From NCBI GenBank assembly GCA_947488155.1, contig CANKYK010000001.1, forward strand, positions 1,194,439-1,258,438: 64,000 nucleotides of DNA, given 5' to 3'. Below the pieces are notes generated by a model, which did not search any database, was not told the origin of the DNA, and saw only the letters and a program-made list of their open reading frames with translations. Shown here one piece after another: positions 1 to 10,300 of the stretch (position 1 is the first letter of the stretch; each line of letters starts with the position of its first letter). Both the position numbers and the translations under genes were made by a program. The DNA comes from an uncultured Erythrobacter sp. GTDB lineage: Bacteria > Pseudomonadota > Alphaproteobacteria > Sphingomonadales > Sphingomonadaceae.

Positions 1-130
1 GGTCCCGCGCGATCAATGCGCTATCACCCTCCCCGCCATAGCCGAATTGATGCGCGCCATTTGCATGTCCGAAAAAGCCGTGCGGAATGCGCCCAAGCGC
101 ATCAGCCCGGGTGATGTCGAACGCGCCCAC
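1..130 (-). CDS. Partial 5' end of a YfiH/PgeF (DUF152, laccase-domain) family protein; the gene runs off the window
   Basis: Not in the ORF track because there is no stop in the window. The reverse strand from GTG at 130 reads VGAFDITRADALGRIPHGFFGHANGAHQFGYGGEGDSALIARD. An HGF..R/H.GG motif near the N-terminus is typical of this family. The start lies 2 nt after the pepN stop. Confidence 0.4.
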   Translation of the reverse strand, partial: MGAFDITRADALGRIPHGFFGHANGAHQFGYGGEGDSALIARD

Positions 131-132
131 GC

Positions 133-2796
133 TCAGCCCTCCAGACTGCGCGTGACCTGCTCGGATGTGTCGCGTGACAGGCCGGATGCCGCGGCAATGC
201 GCTCCAGCTCGGCCTTCATCATGGCTGCTCGTCCAGCTTCAATCCGCCGCCATTTGCCCAGCGGCGAGACAAACCGCGCCGCTGTTTGCGGGTTGATCGG
301 GTCAAGCGCCAAAATGAGGTCCGTGATCAGGCCATAGCCGGAACCATCGGCCGCGTGGAACGCCGAGGGATTGCCAGCAAAGGCCATGTAGAGCGAGCGA
401 ACGCGGTTCGGGTTCTTGATAGTAAAATCGGGATGTTTGGCGAGCTCTTTTACATGCTCGATCACATCCTTGTGCGGCGCGAGCGCCTGCAGCGTGAACC
501 ACTTGTCGATCACCAGATCATTGCCGGTGTAGCGATCATAGAAAGCCTTAAGCGCATCGGCGCGTTGCCGGCTTTCAAGACCACATAGCACCATCAGCGC
601 GCCTTGGCGGTCGGTCATATTGTCCGCCGCATCAAATTGCTGCGCCGCCGTTTCCGCCGCTTGCTCTGGATCGCTCGCTGCCAGTAGCGCGAGGACCTGA
701 GTCTTCACTTTACGCGCACCGCGCCCAGCAGGATCGTCAAAGCCAATCGAGGCCGTGCGCGTGTAGAGCCCTTCAAGCTCCCGTTTGAGCACGGTACCCA
801 GCGCGGCCTTCAGCGCCTCACGCTCAGCATGGATCGCGCCCGGATCAGCCAAACGAGTGCCGCTTGCCATTTGCTCAAACAGATAGGTCTCACTCGGCAA
901 CATCATCAGCTCGCCGCGCATATTGTCGTCCAGCGCATCATCAGTCAGGATCGCGGCCAGCGCATCGCCAATCGCGGCCTTGCCCGCTGCGCGCTGCGCC
1001 TCGTCCAGCTCGCCAGAGGCCGCCGCGACCAAATAGCCCACGCTGAGCTGCTGCATCGCCTCATACCGCGCAAAGGGATCATCATCATGCGCGGCAAGAA
1101 AACCGAGGTCTTCGAGCGGCACCTCATGCTCTATCACCACCGGCGCGGTGTAGCCGCGATTAATCGAAACCACAGGGTCTGGCCCGGCCATTGGCAAAGT
1201 GAAACTCTGCTCACCCTCGGTAAGCACGATCAACTGCTCCTCGCCGAGCTGACCTGCCCTGCGGCTGTGCACAGCGATCCGCAGCGGAATCGGCATCGCC
1301 TGCTTGTCCGGCTGGCCCGGCGTAGGCGGCACGGTTTGAGAGAGCGTCAGGGTCAGGCCATCGCTTGCCACCTCTTGGCGAACTTTTACGCGCGGCGTGC
1401 CAGCTTGACGGTACCACAAGCGGAACTGCTCAAGGTCAAGGCCCGCGCCGTCTTCGACGGATTTGATGAAATCCTCGCAGGTCGCCGCCTCGCCATCATG
1501 GCGATCAAAGTACAGGTCGGTGCCTGCGCGGAACCGCTCTAGCCCAGCCATGCTGCGCATCATCCGGATGACTTCGGCGCCTTTGTTATAGACGGTGGCG
1601 GTGTAGAAATTGCTGATTTCGCGGTAACTGTCCGGGCGGATCGGATGCGCGAGTGGCCCTGCATCCTCCGGAAATTGCGCCGCGCGCAGGATCCGCACAT
1701 CTTCGATCCGCTTCACCGCTTCTCCGCGCATATCCTGGCTGAACAACTGGTCGCGCAGTACGGTAAAGCCCTCTTTCAAGGAAAGCTGGAACCAATCGCG
1801 GCAGGTGATGCGATTGCCCGACCAATTGTGGAAATATTCGTGCGCGATCACACCCTCAACGCCGTCATAATCGGCATCGGTTGCGGTGTCGGGATCGGCC
1901 AGCACATATTTGGTGTTGAAGACGTTGAGGCCCTTGTTCTCCATCGCGCCCATGTTGAAATCTGACACGGCAACGATGTTGTAGAGGTCGAGATCATACT
2001 CGCGGCCAAAGGTCTCCTCGTCCCATTTCATCGAATGGTGAAGCGATGCGAGCGCATGGTCCGTGCGGCTTAGATCCTCTGCGCGGACCCAAATGTTGCA
2101 CTCAACCTCACGGCCAGACATCGTGGTGAACGGCGCAGAATTGGCGACCAGATCGCCCGCAACAAGAGCGAAGAGATAGCTCGGCTTAGGCCATGGATCG
2201 TGCCATTCAGCAAAGTGCTGGCCGTTGCCCCCGCCCTCGGCGACCTTATTGCCGTTGCATAGCAGAACCGGAAACAGGTCTTTCGGCCCGCTCATATGGA
2301 CGCGGTAAGTCGAAAGGACATCGGGCCGATCCGGGAAGAAAGTGATCCGGCGAAAGCCCTCTGCCTCGCATTGAGTGCACAGCATGCCGTTTGAGGCGTA
2401 GAGGCCCATCAGGGTCGTGTTCGCGCTTGGATCGATTTCGGTCTCGATCATGATTGTGTGGCTGTCTCCCGATAGCGTCAGGATCAGGTCCGACCCGTCC
2501 ATCACAAAATTGTCGACCGTCACATCATCGACGGTAACGCGCGCTGGTGTCAGGCTGTCACCATTGAGCCGCAGCTCGTTGGAGGCCTCGGCAGCAGGAT
2601 TGCGCTCCACCTTAAAGCTGGCCAGCACCCGTGTCTTTTCGAGGTCAAGATTGAACACGAGCTTGGTTTCAGGGAGCAGCCAAGGGAACGGCTGATAATC
2701 CTCGCGCAGGATCACCGGCGGTTCGGCCGGGACCGGCGGCGCATCGGCGAGTTGAGGGTTGCCATCCGGGTTTGAGGGGGTCGTTGCAATATCCAT
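133..2796 (-). CDS. pepN: Aminopeptidase N (M1 zinc metallopeptidase)
   Basis: 887-aa ORF with a GAMEN exopeptidase motif (NMGAMENKGLN) and the zinc site HEYFHNWSGNR...LSLKEG. Confidence 0.95.
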   Translation of the reverse strand: MDIATTPSNPDGNPQLADAPPVPAEPPVILREDYQPFPWLLPETKLVFNLDLEKTRVLASFKVERNPAAEASNELRLNGDSLTPARVTVDDVTVDNFVMDGSDLILTLSGDSHTIMIETEIDPSANTTLMGLYASNGMLCTQCEAEGFRRITFFPDRPDVLSTYRVHMSGPKDLFPVLLCNGNKVAEGGGNGQHFAEWHDPWPKPSYLFALVAGDLVANSAPFTTMSGREVECNIWVRAEDLSRTDHALASLHHSMKWDEETFGREYDLDLYNIVAVSDFNMGAMENKGLNVFNTKYVLADPDTATDADYDGVEGVIAHEYFHNWSGNRITCRDWFQLSLKEGFTVLRDQLFSQDMRGEAVKRIEDVRILRAAQFPEDAGPLAHPIRPDSYREISNFYTATVYNKGAEVIRMMRSMAGLERFRAGTDLYFDRHDGEAATCEDFIKSVEDGAGLDLEQFRLWYRQAGTPRVKVRQEVASDGLTLTLSQTVPPTPGQPDKQAMPIPLRIAVHSRRAGQLGEEQLIVLTEGEQSFTLPMAGPDPVVSINRGYTAPVVIEHEVPLEDLGFLAAHDDDPFARYEAMQQLSVGYLVAAASGELDEAQRAAGKAAIGDALAAILTDDALDDNMRGELMMLPSETYLFEQMASGTRLADPGAIHAEREALKAALGTVLKRELEGLYTRTASIGFDDPAGRGARKVKTQVLALLAASDPEQAAETAAQQFDAADNMTDRQGALMVLCGLESRQRADALKAFYDRYTGNDLVIDKWFTLQALAPHKDVIEHVKELAKHPDFTIKNPNRVRSLYMAFAGNPSAFHAADGSGYGLITDLILALDPINPQTAARFVSPLGKWRRIEAGRAAMMKAELERIAAASGLSRDTSEQVTRSLEG

Positions 2797-2839
2797 GGGC
2801 TCAGATTTAGGTTGATTTGCCTCAGCGTCCAGCGATTAG

Positions 2840-3667
2840 GTGGCGCGCATGACAAATTTGCTGATCTTTGGCCTTGGCTACACCGCGAAACGCATCGCTG
2901 AGGAAATGCGAACGCGCGGATGGCAGGTGGACGCCACGGGCAGCGCTGGAAATGTGGATTTTACCGACCGCGACGCTGTGAAAGTTGCCTTGGATCGCGC
3001 GAGCCATGTGCTGTCCTCGGTCCCGCCGGATCGAAGGGTCGGGCTTGATCCTGTGCTGGACACCTATGGCCGCAATTTTGGCAAGGCCCCAAGTCAACGA
3101 TGGTACGGCTATCTTTCATCCACCGGCGTTTACGGCGATCAGCAGGGCGCATGGGTCGATGAAAGCACGCCCACCATTGCCGAAACGGGCGCAGGCCGCC
3201 GCAATGCGCGAGCAGAGGCTGACGCTCTATGGGTGAAGCTGGGCGCGCGGGTGTTCCGCTTGCCCGGCATCTATGGGCCGGGTCGCAGCGCACTCGACCG
3301 GGTGCGTGATGGCCGCGCGCGCCGGATCAATATGCCGGATCAAGTCTTCAGCCGGGTGCATGTCGATGACATCGTCAGCGGCGTGGTTGCCGCGCTAACC
3401 AGTGATGCGCCAGCGGGGGCTTACAACCTTGCCGATGATCTGCCGGCAAGCGGCAATGCCGTGACCGAGCATGCCTGCCAATTGCTAGGGATCGAGCCTC
3501 CGCCACTGGAAACGCTGGAGGAGGCAAATCTGTCAGAAATGGCGCGCGGATTTTACGCGGAGAACCGCCGAGTTGCGAATGGCAAGGCAAAGCGTGTGCT
3601 CGGCTGGCAGCCGCAATATCCAACCTTTGCGGAAGGACTAGGAAGTGTGCTTGGCTCGCAGAGCTAA
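2840..3667 (+). CDS. NAD(P)-binding Rossmann-fold protein, SDR/epimerase-like
   Basis: 275-aa ORF with an N-terminal LLIFGLGYTA dinucleotide-binding fold. The start could be GTG at 2840 or ATG at 2849. Confidence 0.7.
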   Translation: MARMTNLLIFGLGYTAKRIAEEMRTRGWQVDATGSAGNVDFTDRDAVKVALDRASHVLSSVPPDRRVGLDPVLDTYGRNFGKAPSQRWYGYLSSTGVYGDQQGAWVDESTPTIAETGAGRRNARAEADALWVKLGARVFRLPGIYGPGRSALDRVRDGRARRINMPDQVFSRVHVDDIVSGVVAALTSDAPAGAYNLADDLPASGNAVTEHACQLLGIEPPPLETLEEANLSEMARGFYAENRRVANGKAKRVLGWQPQYPTFAEGLGSVLGSQS

Positions 3668-4537
3668 CACCATGCCCACCACCGCTAGCGCCATTCCGCC
3701 AGCGGTCAGCCACGTCCACTGATAGTCCTCGAACAGAGTCGAAATCAGCATCGCGACCGAGATCGTGAGGATCGAATTGTAGGCAGCCCGCCCAGCCCCA
3801 ATCTCGCGCACCAGATTATAGTGCAGCGGGAAAGTCACTACCGATCCGATCACTGCCAGATAGACGATGCCCAGCCAATATCCGGCGTTTGTCGGGAATG
3901 GCGGCGGGCCTGAGGTTAGCGCGGCAAAGCCAAGATCAAACACCGTCCCATAAAGCATCGCCCATGCTAGCAGGCTGACCATTGGCACCGCGCGGCCGGT
4001 TGGGTTCGCCTGGATCACGTTGGCCACAGAGGCGGCCAGAATCCCGAACAAAGCCAGCACAATGCCTAGCCCGACATTGCCTCCGACAACTCCAGCATCA
4101 GGATTTGCGCGCCATTCGTGAACGAGCAGGAACGAGACGCCGATGATCGCAATCAGACTGCCCAGCACAAACCCGACCTGCACCTTCTCGCCAAGAAATA
4201 ACCTGCCGAACAAAGCGTTGGGCACCATCAGCAAGCCGAACATCATCGCGACAATGCCAGAGGTAACGTAAAGCTCGGCATGATAGACGAACAGAAAATT
4301 GCCGCTGAATTGGAAAATGCCGACAATCACGGCCAGCACATGTTCTGGCCGGGTTAGTTTCAGCCGCCGTTTCATGAGATACGCGACGAGAAACAGAGCC
4401 GGGGTCGCCAGAGCAAAGCGATAGAAAACCGACCATGCCGCAGGCACGCCATCAATCTGCCCGGTGATCACAAACCAGGTCGATCCCCAGATCGATCCAG
4501 TGAGCACAAACGGTAGGATGACACGCCAGCTCAGCAT
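3638..4537 (-). CDS. EamA/DMT-family permease
   Basis: Polytopic hydrophobic protein of about 10 TM segments and EamA-like length. The start is trimmed to ATG at 4537 (MLSWRVILPF...), which removes the overlap with the upstream gene. Confidence 0.8.
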   Translation of the reverse strand: MLSWRVILPFVLTGSIWGSTWFVITGQIDGVPAAWSVFYRFALATPALFLVAYLMKRRLKLTRPEHVLAVIVGIFQFSGNFLFVYHAELYVTSGIVAMMFGLLMVPNALFGRLFLGEKVQVGFVLGSLIAIIGVSFLLVHEWRANPDAGVVGGNVGLGIVLALFGILAASVANVIQANPTGRAVPMVSLLAWAMLYGTVFDLGFAALTSGPPPFPTNAGYWLGIVYLAVIGSVVTFPLHYNLVREIGAGRAAYNSILTISVAMLISTLFEDYQWTWLTAGGMALAVVGMVLALRAKHTS

Positions 4538-4568
4538 CGGCGTTTGGGTCGCGCTCAAGGGAATCGGC

Positions 4569-5588
4569 TCATAGCGCAGCAATCGCCTTGGCCAGCGCGC
4601 TCGCATCCTCATCGCGGGTGTTCCAAGCGGTCACAAACCGGGCCGCATCGGCACCCCAATCGTAAAAGGCAAAGTGCTGCGCACGCAGCGTCTCACGCTC
4701 GGCCTCGGTCAGGCGCACGAATAGCTCATTGGCCTCAACCGCGTGCATCAAACGGTCACCGCAAGCCCTGGCAATCTCAGCCGCCGCCGTGTTCGCATGG
4801 CTCGCATTGGCCAGCCACAGATCACCTTCGAGCATCGCGAGAATTTGCGCCGCGAGATAGCGACCTTTGCATTGCAAATGCCCTGCGCGTTTGCGGCAAT
4901 AGCGCACCAGATCGGCTTGGCTCTGGTCAAACAGCACCACCGCCTCTGCGCCCATGCCACCATTTTTGATGAAGCCAAAGGCGAGGCTATCAACCGGGCC
5001 AGATGCCGCACGCGCTGCCTCCCGAGCCGAGTCGCCAGCATTCGCCGCAGCATTGGCAAAGCGCGCCCCGTCCATATGCAGGCCGAGCTTGCGCACCGCC
5101 GCAAATTCTTTGAGCGCGGCGAGTTCTTCGCTGGAATAGGTCGTGCCATACTCGCTCGCCTGCGTGATCGCGATGGCATGCGCCTGCACCTGGTGGACAT
5201 CGTCTCGGATCGGATCGATCAAAGCGGCGATGCCGTCCGCCGTCAGCTTCGCGCCTTCGCCTGCCGCCAGCATCAGCTTCGCACCGTGGAGGTAAAAGCC
5301 GGGCGCGCCGCCTTCATCGACTTCGATATGCGCCTCTTCATGGCATACAACGCCGCCATGCGGCTGAACCATAGTGGCAAGCGCCAGGCAATTGGCCGCA
5401 GTGCCCGTCGCGATCCATTCCGCCGAGCATTCGCGCCCAAACAGGTCGCTAAAATGCTCGTCTAGCCGCGCCGACAGCGCATCGCCATCATAGGGGTTGT
5501 CGGCCTGATCCGCCGCTCGCATCGCCTCCCACACATTGGGGTGGACCGGCGCGGCATTGTCCGACAGGAAAGGCTTAGGGCTCGTCAT
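4569..5588 (-). CDS. Low-specificity L-threonine aldolase / beta-eliminating lyase family (PLP enzyme)
   Basis: 339-aa ORF. The N-terminus FLSDNAAPVHPNVWEAM...DNPYDGD...TGTAANCLAL resembles threonine aldolases. Confidence 0.75.
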   Translation of the reverse strand: MTSPKPFLSDNAAPVHPNVWEAMRAADQADNPYDGDALSARLDEHFSDLFGRECSAEWIATGTAANCLALATMVQPHGGVVCHEEAHIEVDEGGAPGFYLHGAKLMLAAGEGAKLTADGIAALIDPIRDDVHQVQAHAIAITQASEYGTTYSSEELAALKEFAAVRKLGLHMDGARFANAAANAGDSAREAARAASGPVDSLAFGFIKNGGMGAEAVVLFDQSQADLVRYCRKRAGHLQCKGRYLAAQILAMLEGDLWLANASHANTAAAEIARACGDRLMHAVEANELFVRLTEAERETLRAQHFAFYDWGADAARFVTAWNTRDEDASALAKAIAAL

Positions 5589-5640
5589 TACAAAGCGGCT
5601 TTAGTGCGAGCAGCGTTCTTGGCAAGAAGGAGCATGGCAA

Positions 5641-5946
5641 ATGACTGACATCACAAACATTCTTACTATCAATCACCACGATACAGATACCGGCGGGAAG
5701 TATGTCGCTGAGCTAGAGGGCGAGACGGCAACCGGATACCTTGAATGGGAACCGCGCGAAGAGGGCGTACGCATCGCAACCCACACCGTTGTTCCGCGAG
5801 CCATTGGCGGCCGCGGTGTCGCGGGCGAATTGGTGAAGCGCCTGGTCGCTGATGCTCGGACACAAGGGTTCAAGATTGTGCCGCAATGTTCCTATGTCGC
5901 CGCAAAATTTGAGAAGAATCCCGATTGGAGCGACTTACTCGCTTAG
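5641..5946 (+). CDS. Small GNAT-like N-acetyltransferase (YjdJ-like)
   Basis: 101-aa ORF. The C-terminal half, GGRGVAGELVKRLVADARTQGFKIVPQCSYV, is typical of the single-domain GNAT-like family. Confidence 0.65.
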   Translation: MTDITNILTINHHDTDTGGKYVAELEGETATGYLEWEPREEGVRIATHTVVPRAIGGRGVAGELVKRLVADARTQGFKIVPQCSYVAAKFEKNPDWSDLLA

Positions 5947-5977
5947 TTTTGGGCGTGTTGTAAGGCGAACCGCAGCC

Positions 5978-6013
5978 ATCCGGGTGGAAGGGTGGAGGGT
6001 CCGGGTGGCTAGG
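5978..6013 (+). repeat. G-rich repeat unit related to the right arm of the 53.8-kb inverted repeat
   Basis: TCCGGGTGGAAGGGTGGAGGGTCCGGGTGGCTAGG compared with TCCGGGTGGAAGGGCGGAGGGAGCGGGTGGCTCGG at 53823-53857. It lies between convergent genes and contains four GGG tracts. Confidence 0.7.
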
Positions 6014-6022
6014 ACCAAATAA

Positions 6023-7627
6023 CTACGCACTCTCGAGCTGGGAGAAGTCTCTGCTGACGATTGTTTCGAGCACAGCGGCGCGCACTTCTCGAGCCCGTTC
6101 CAATGGGACGCCAGGAATCGAAAAGCTGCCACCTGCCAATCCGAAATTCAGGCTCGCATAGCCGCGCCTTTGCGCAATCGGGCCTTGGCTGATTTCAACC
6201 GAATGCAATTTCACACGGTTGGCGATCATGCTGCTGGGTGAGAAAAGCCCGCTGACCGACATGATTTGACTGGCGTCCAGCGCGTGGCGCTTAAACTGCC
6301 AAGAATACAGCGCAGCAAAAGCAAAAAGCGCCGCCAGCGCAAGGGGGATGGCCACGAAAAAGGGCGGCGCAAAGATCGCCACCGGCACGGCGATGAGCAG
6401 AAACACGCCGCCATCGATCAGCGCGCCGTCAAAGCGATACTTCTTCGCGGCCCGGTGCCATTCCGCATCTTCACGCGGCAAATGAAAGCCGGAAGCCTCA
6501 ACGATTGGCGCGATCTCGTCCATCTGCGCAAAGGGCGCAACATCATGGTTCGATGCGCCCGCATCCTTCGCGAGGCTGATGAATTTGAGGCCATGCCAGC
6601 CGAACCGATAACGTATGAAGCGCGTGCCGATCTTGATGCCCTGCACCCGGTGAACCGGCATCACGACGTCAGTCTTGGTCAGCAGACCGCGCCGACGGCG
6701 AAACCCGCGGGGCGTCTTTTCCAGCCGAAAATCCCATTCGCGCAGAGCCGTACGGATCAGGCCGGTCGCGATCCCCAAGATGATCAGAGAAAGCACTGCG
6801 ATAACGCCGCCAACGATTTGCGCACTGCGGCCAAGGCTGGAGAGCGCATCGCTTTGCCCGATCAGACGCTCTTCCCAAGCCTCAAAATCCCACAGGTCAA
6901 ATGGTAGGAAGAACTCAAACTGCTGGGTCAAACCGAATAGGACGGCAACGACAGCGAGAGAGAAGCTGAACAATCCAAAGATGAAAATGCGGCGCGGCCC
7001 CATGGTGAAGAGCGCTTCAGCGGTTTCGTCTTGTGAAACCTCTTGCGTGGCGACGGCCTCGCTTGCACCTTCCACCGCTGGCTGTGCGGTTTCAGCGGCT
7101 CGGCGTTCGCGCACTACCTGGCGCAATCGCTCGCCTTCATCTTCGGTCAGAAAGGAAAGCGACAAATCCTCACCGCCGCCAGCACCGGTTTCAAACTTGA
7201 CCGAGACCAGGCCAAACAGGCGGGGCAGCAATTTCTGCTCCAGGCTGACGTCTTGAATGCGCTCAAACGGGACCGAGCGGGCGGTGCGCGACACCAGCCC
7301 GCTTTCCACCCGAATGTCCTCCGCGCCAACGGTGTACGTCAGCTTGCGCCAGCGGATGTAGCCAATGCCGAAACTTACCGCCATGATCAGCGCCGCGATC
7401 CCGAGGCCCAGGGCAATGGCGTAGCCGCTGCGACTGCTAAACATGACAAAGGCCGCCGGAATGACGGCGTTTTTCAGCCCGCTAACGACGCCCAAAGCAA
7501 CGCTGAGCGGGGCCGTACGTTGAGGCGCTATCTCGGCAGATTGCGCATCCGCTAGCCCAGCGCTTGGCGCAGCCGCAGAAGCGCCGCTGGCCTCAGCGCT
7601 CACCTCGTTGCCCACCTCGATGCTCAC
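6023..7627 (-). CDS. Membrane protein with repeated bacterial PH (bPH_2) domains, YdbT-like
   Basis: 534-aa ORF with alternating TM hairpins and soluble modules. It overlaps the upstream YdbS-like gene by 4 nt. Confidence 0.7.
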   Translation of the reverse strand: MSIEVGNEVSAEASGASAAAPSAGLADAQSAEIAPQRTAPLSVALGVVSGLKNAVIPAAFVMFSSRSGYAIALGLGIAALIMAVSFGIGYIRWRKLTYTVGAEDIRVESGLVSRTARSVPFERIQDVSLEQKLLPRLFGLVSVKFETGAGGGEDLSLSFLTEDEGERLRQVVRERRAAETAQPAVEGASEAVATQEVSQDETAEALFTMGPRRIFIFGLFSFSLAVVAVLFGLTQQFEFFLPFDLWDFEAWEERLIGQSDALSSLGRSAQIVGGVIAVLSLIILGIATGLIRTALREWDFRLEKTPRGFRRRRGLLTKTDVVMPVHRVQGIKIGTRFIRYRFGWHGLKFISLAKDAGASNHDVAPFAQMDEIAPIVEASGFHLPREDAEWHRAAKKYRFDGALIDGGVFLLIAVPVAIFAPPFFVAIPLALAALFAFAALYSWQFKRHALDASQIMSVSGLFSPSSMIANRVKLHSVEISQGPIAQRRGYASLNFGLAGGSFSIPGVPLERAREVRAAVLETIVSRDFSQLESA

Positions 7628-8190
7628 ATCGTATCCCGCTTGATATGCGCACGAATATCCTCGCGCATGTCGTCGGCCAGTGACTTATTAAGCCCCGGCA
7701 AATGCACAGAGGCATTGTGACTGCCCGCCGTGTGCACGGTAAGAGTGGCGAGATCGAAGAACCGCTCAATCGGGCCTTGATCCACATCAATGTGCTGAAC
7801 CCGGCCAAACGGCACAACCGTGTCGGAGTTCCACAAGATGCCGCGCACCACGCGCAGCCGGTCTGCACTCATATTGTATCCGCGCGCGTTGAAACGGCGC
7901 ATCGGCACGCGAATGATAAAGATAAGCGATAGGACGAGCAAAACGCTCATCACCACACCAGCAGGGATTGGCGTTTCCTCAACAATCACAGCCTCAAACA
8001 CCAGGCCGCCGATCAGAACGGGAATTGCTGTGAGGATTGCGGTCAAACGCAAGGAATGGACATAATTCGGATGCAGCTGCGTCAGCGCCGCATCGTCATG
8101 CGGAGCGACTTCGTGGGCGGCAGCAGGCGCAGCAGGCTTGTTGCCCGGTACAGGCGTGGCAGGGGTCGGATTAGTCTCGGGTGTGTCCAT
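7624..8190 (-). CDS. Membrane bPH_2-domain protein, YdbS-like
   Basis: 188-aa ORF with a TM hairpin followed by a ...PFGRVQHIDVDQGPIERFFDLATL... module. It is paired with the YdbT-like gene. Confidence 0.7.
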   Translation of the reverse strand: MDTPETNPTPATPVPGNKPAAPAAAHEVAPHDDAALTQLHPNYVHSLRLTAILTAIPVLIGGLVFEAVIVEETPIPAGVVMSVLLVLSLIFIIRVPMRRFNARGYNMSADRLRVVRGILWNSDTVVPFGRVQHIDVDQGPIERFFDLATLTVHTAGSHNASVHLPGLNKSLADDMREDIRAHIKRDTM

Positions 8191-8233
8191 AGTGCCTTAG
8201 ATGCGCAATACAGCCGCGCCGCACAAGTCCCAA

Positions 8234-9415
8234 TTACGCCCTTTGGTTGAATCGGCGGCCCACCATTGCGCTGGCGATATTGGTCTTCTGCACATCGATT
8301 GCGCCGCCTGCGATCCCCCAAGCATAGGCATCGCGCAGCCGCTGTTCCATCCCGTAATCCTTGTGATAGCCGTAACCGCCCATCAATTGCATGCCGAGCG
8401 CCGCAACCTCACGCACAATTTCATTAGCATAACATTTGGCGAGACTGCTCTCATAAACACTGGGCAGGCCATCAGGATTGCTGGACGCATTCACCGCCGC
8501 ACGGTGGATCAGCAGACGCGCGGCATCGACCTTCATCGCCATCTCAGCCAGCTTCATCTGCACCGCCTGAAAATCGACGATTGGCTTACCAAATGCCTCG
8601 CGCTCCTGCGTATAAGCAAGCGCTTGTTCCAGCGCCGCCGCCGCAACGCCCAGGCTCTGGGTCGCATTGCCGCAGCGCTCTAGCCCGAAAGCGCTCATCA
8701 GCTTGCCGAAACCGCCAGCGCCGATAATCACATTCTCGCCCGGCACTTTTACGTCTTCGATGGCATAGTCGGCGGTGGGGATGCCGCGAAAGCCCATCAG
8801 TTCCTCGCGCTTGCCAAATTGCATGCCCGGCATGTCTTTCTCGAGAAGGATCGCACCGATCCCTTTTGCGTCCGGATCGTCGGTGAAACGGCAATAGGTG
8901 ACGTAGTAATCAGAATGCCCGCCGCCGCTGGTCCACCGCTTGTAACCATTGACTATGTAGTCACTTCCGTCTGCCACCGCCTTCGTCGTAAGGTCCGTCA
9001 GAGCTGTCCCGGCATCAGGCTCCGACATTGAGACGGCCACAATCTTCTCGCCCTTAATCACCTCAGGCAGGATGCGCGCTTTCATCTCTGGGGAGCCGAA
9101 CCGGTCAATGGTGCGCACTGGTCCGGTCAGCGCCTCAAACACAGGAAAGGCGACCGCGTTGGAAACTTGGGCAAATTCCTCCAGCACGATCAGCGCCTCA
9201 ATATGGCCCAGGCCCAGACCGCCATATTCCTCTGGTAGGTTGACGCCAAGAAACCCCATCTCGCCATAGGTCCGCAGCATATCGGCCGGCACTGGAAAGT
9301 CGTTCGTCTCCATATCGCGCGCAAGTTCTGGCAGTTCAGCACGGGCAAATTTGCGCGCGGTTTCCTGCAGCTCGCGCTGCTGATCGGTCAGGTTAAAATC
9401 CATGGCTGTCCCCAA
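8234..9415 (-). CDS. Acyl-CoA dehydrogenase
   Basis: 393-aa ORF with ACAD-like organisation throughout (for example ...SEPDAGT..., ...GGYGY...). Confidence 0.9.
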   Translation of the reverse strand: MGTAMDFNLTDQQRELQETARKFARAELPELARDMETNDFPVPADMLRTYGEMGFLGVNLPEEYGGLGLGHIEALIVLEEFAQVSNAVAFPVFEALTGPVRTIDRFGSPEMKARILPEVIKGEKIVAVSMSEPDAGTALTDLTTKAVADGSDYIVNGYKRWTSGGGHSDYYVTYCRFTDDPDAKGIGAILLEKDMPGMQFGKREELMGFRGIPTADYAIEDVKVPGENVIIGAGGFGKLMSAFGLERCGNATQSLGVAAAALEQALAYTQEREAFGKPIVDFQAVQMKLAEMAMKVDAARLLIHRAAVNASSNPDGLPSVYESSLAKCYANEIVREVAALGMQLMGGYGYHKDYGMEQRLRDAYAWGIAGGAIDVQKTNIASAMVGRRFNQRA

Positions 9416-9547
9416 AAGGCGGTGTTCGCTGTTTGCCGCATCCTAGCGCATGTGAGTGGGCCTTGCGCAAGAGGAGCCTCGCAAACACACGGCCACCCTA
9501 AAGAAATCTGTAGACGGCCATCCGCCTCCATCGCCATAGTCCGCTAC

Positions 9548-10300
9548 ATGAGTATTTCTGCAGATTTGAGTGGGCGCAATGCGCTGATCACAGGGGCCTC
9601 TTCGGGCTTGGGCATGCGCTTTGGCCACATATTAGCGGCCAGCGGCGCGAATGTTGCGCTCGGCGCGCGGCGCAAGGACCGGCTCGAGGCCTTGGCCAGC
9701 GAGATCGGTGATAAGGCCGCGCCGATCACGATGGATGTGGCGAGGGAAGCGGACATCATCGCTGGTTACGATGCGGCGGAGGCCGCCTTTGGCACAGTCG
9801 ATACGGTCATCGCCAATGCCGGTGTCGATGGATTGGGTAAAGCCACGCAAATGCCTGAGGAAGAGATTGAACGCACTCTTTCGATCAATCTCAAGGGCGC
9901 GATCCTGACCGCACGCGAAGGGGCGAAGCGGATGATTGAGGCGGGCGTGCCCAATGGCCGGATTGTCATGATCGCCTCCATCACCGCCTTTGAGCCAGCA
10001 CCGGGCCTCGTCGCCTATGCCGCCAGCAAGGCAGGTGTCGTCCAGGCCGCGCGCAGTATGGCCCGCGAATGGGCGCGCACTGGCATTTGCGTGAATACGA
10101 TCTCGCCCGGCTATATCCGCACCGATATCAACAATGACTGGTTTGAGACCGAAGCTGGCAAGCGGCAGATGAAACGCTTTCCAAAGCAGCGCCTGATGGG
10201 CGCCGAGGGGCTGGATGCCGTGATGTTGATGCTGTGCTCTGACGCGGCGGAATTTATCACCGGCGCGGATTTCGTGCTGGATGACGGGCAATGTTTGTAA
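9548..10300 (+). CDS. SDR-family oxidoreductase
   Basis: Motifs TGASSGLG, NAG, and YAASKAGV (YxxxK). The start is trimmed to ATG at 9548 (MSISADLSGRNALITGASSGLG). Confidence 0.9.
   Translation: MSISADLSGRNALITGASSGLGMRFGHILAASGANVALGARRKDRLEALASEIGDKAAPITMDVAREADIIAGYDAAEAAFGTVDTVIANAGVDGLGKATQMPEEEIERTLSINLKGAILTAREGAKRMIEAGVPNGRIVMIASITAFEPAPGLVAYAASKAGVVQAARSMAREWARTGICVNTISPGYIRTDINNDWFETEAGKRQMKRFPKQRLMGAEGLDAVMLMLCSDAAEFITGADFVLDDGQCL

Noticed and set aside
47-337. A 96-aa + strand ORF at the window start.
   Set aside because: It overlaps the pepN 3' end and the reverse-strand YfiH/PgeF-like start, and its composition is typical of an antisense frame.
829-1542. A 237-aa ORF on the + strand inside pepN. 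Similar long antisense or out-of-frame ORFs include 4743-5465, 32668-33201, 40973-41878, 47518-48126, 53503-54144, 55428-56159, 56087-56725, 59292-60707 and 62340-63011.
   Set aside because: They lie entirely within strongly supported genes on the opposite strand or in another frame. They are Arg/Ala/Gly/Pro-rich as expected for non-coding frames of GC-rich DNA, and they show no recognisable motifs.
9422-9547. Long N-terminal extensions in the ORF track. Examples are 9422, 21323-22969, 27938, 36894, 40994, 43125, 45497, 50967, 51517, 53591 and 56581.
   Set aside because: Internal starts with Shine-Dalgarno sequences, or with stop/start overlaps to the upstream gene, fit the conserved N-termini better. 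The extensions overlap neighbouring genes or intergenic repeats.
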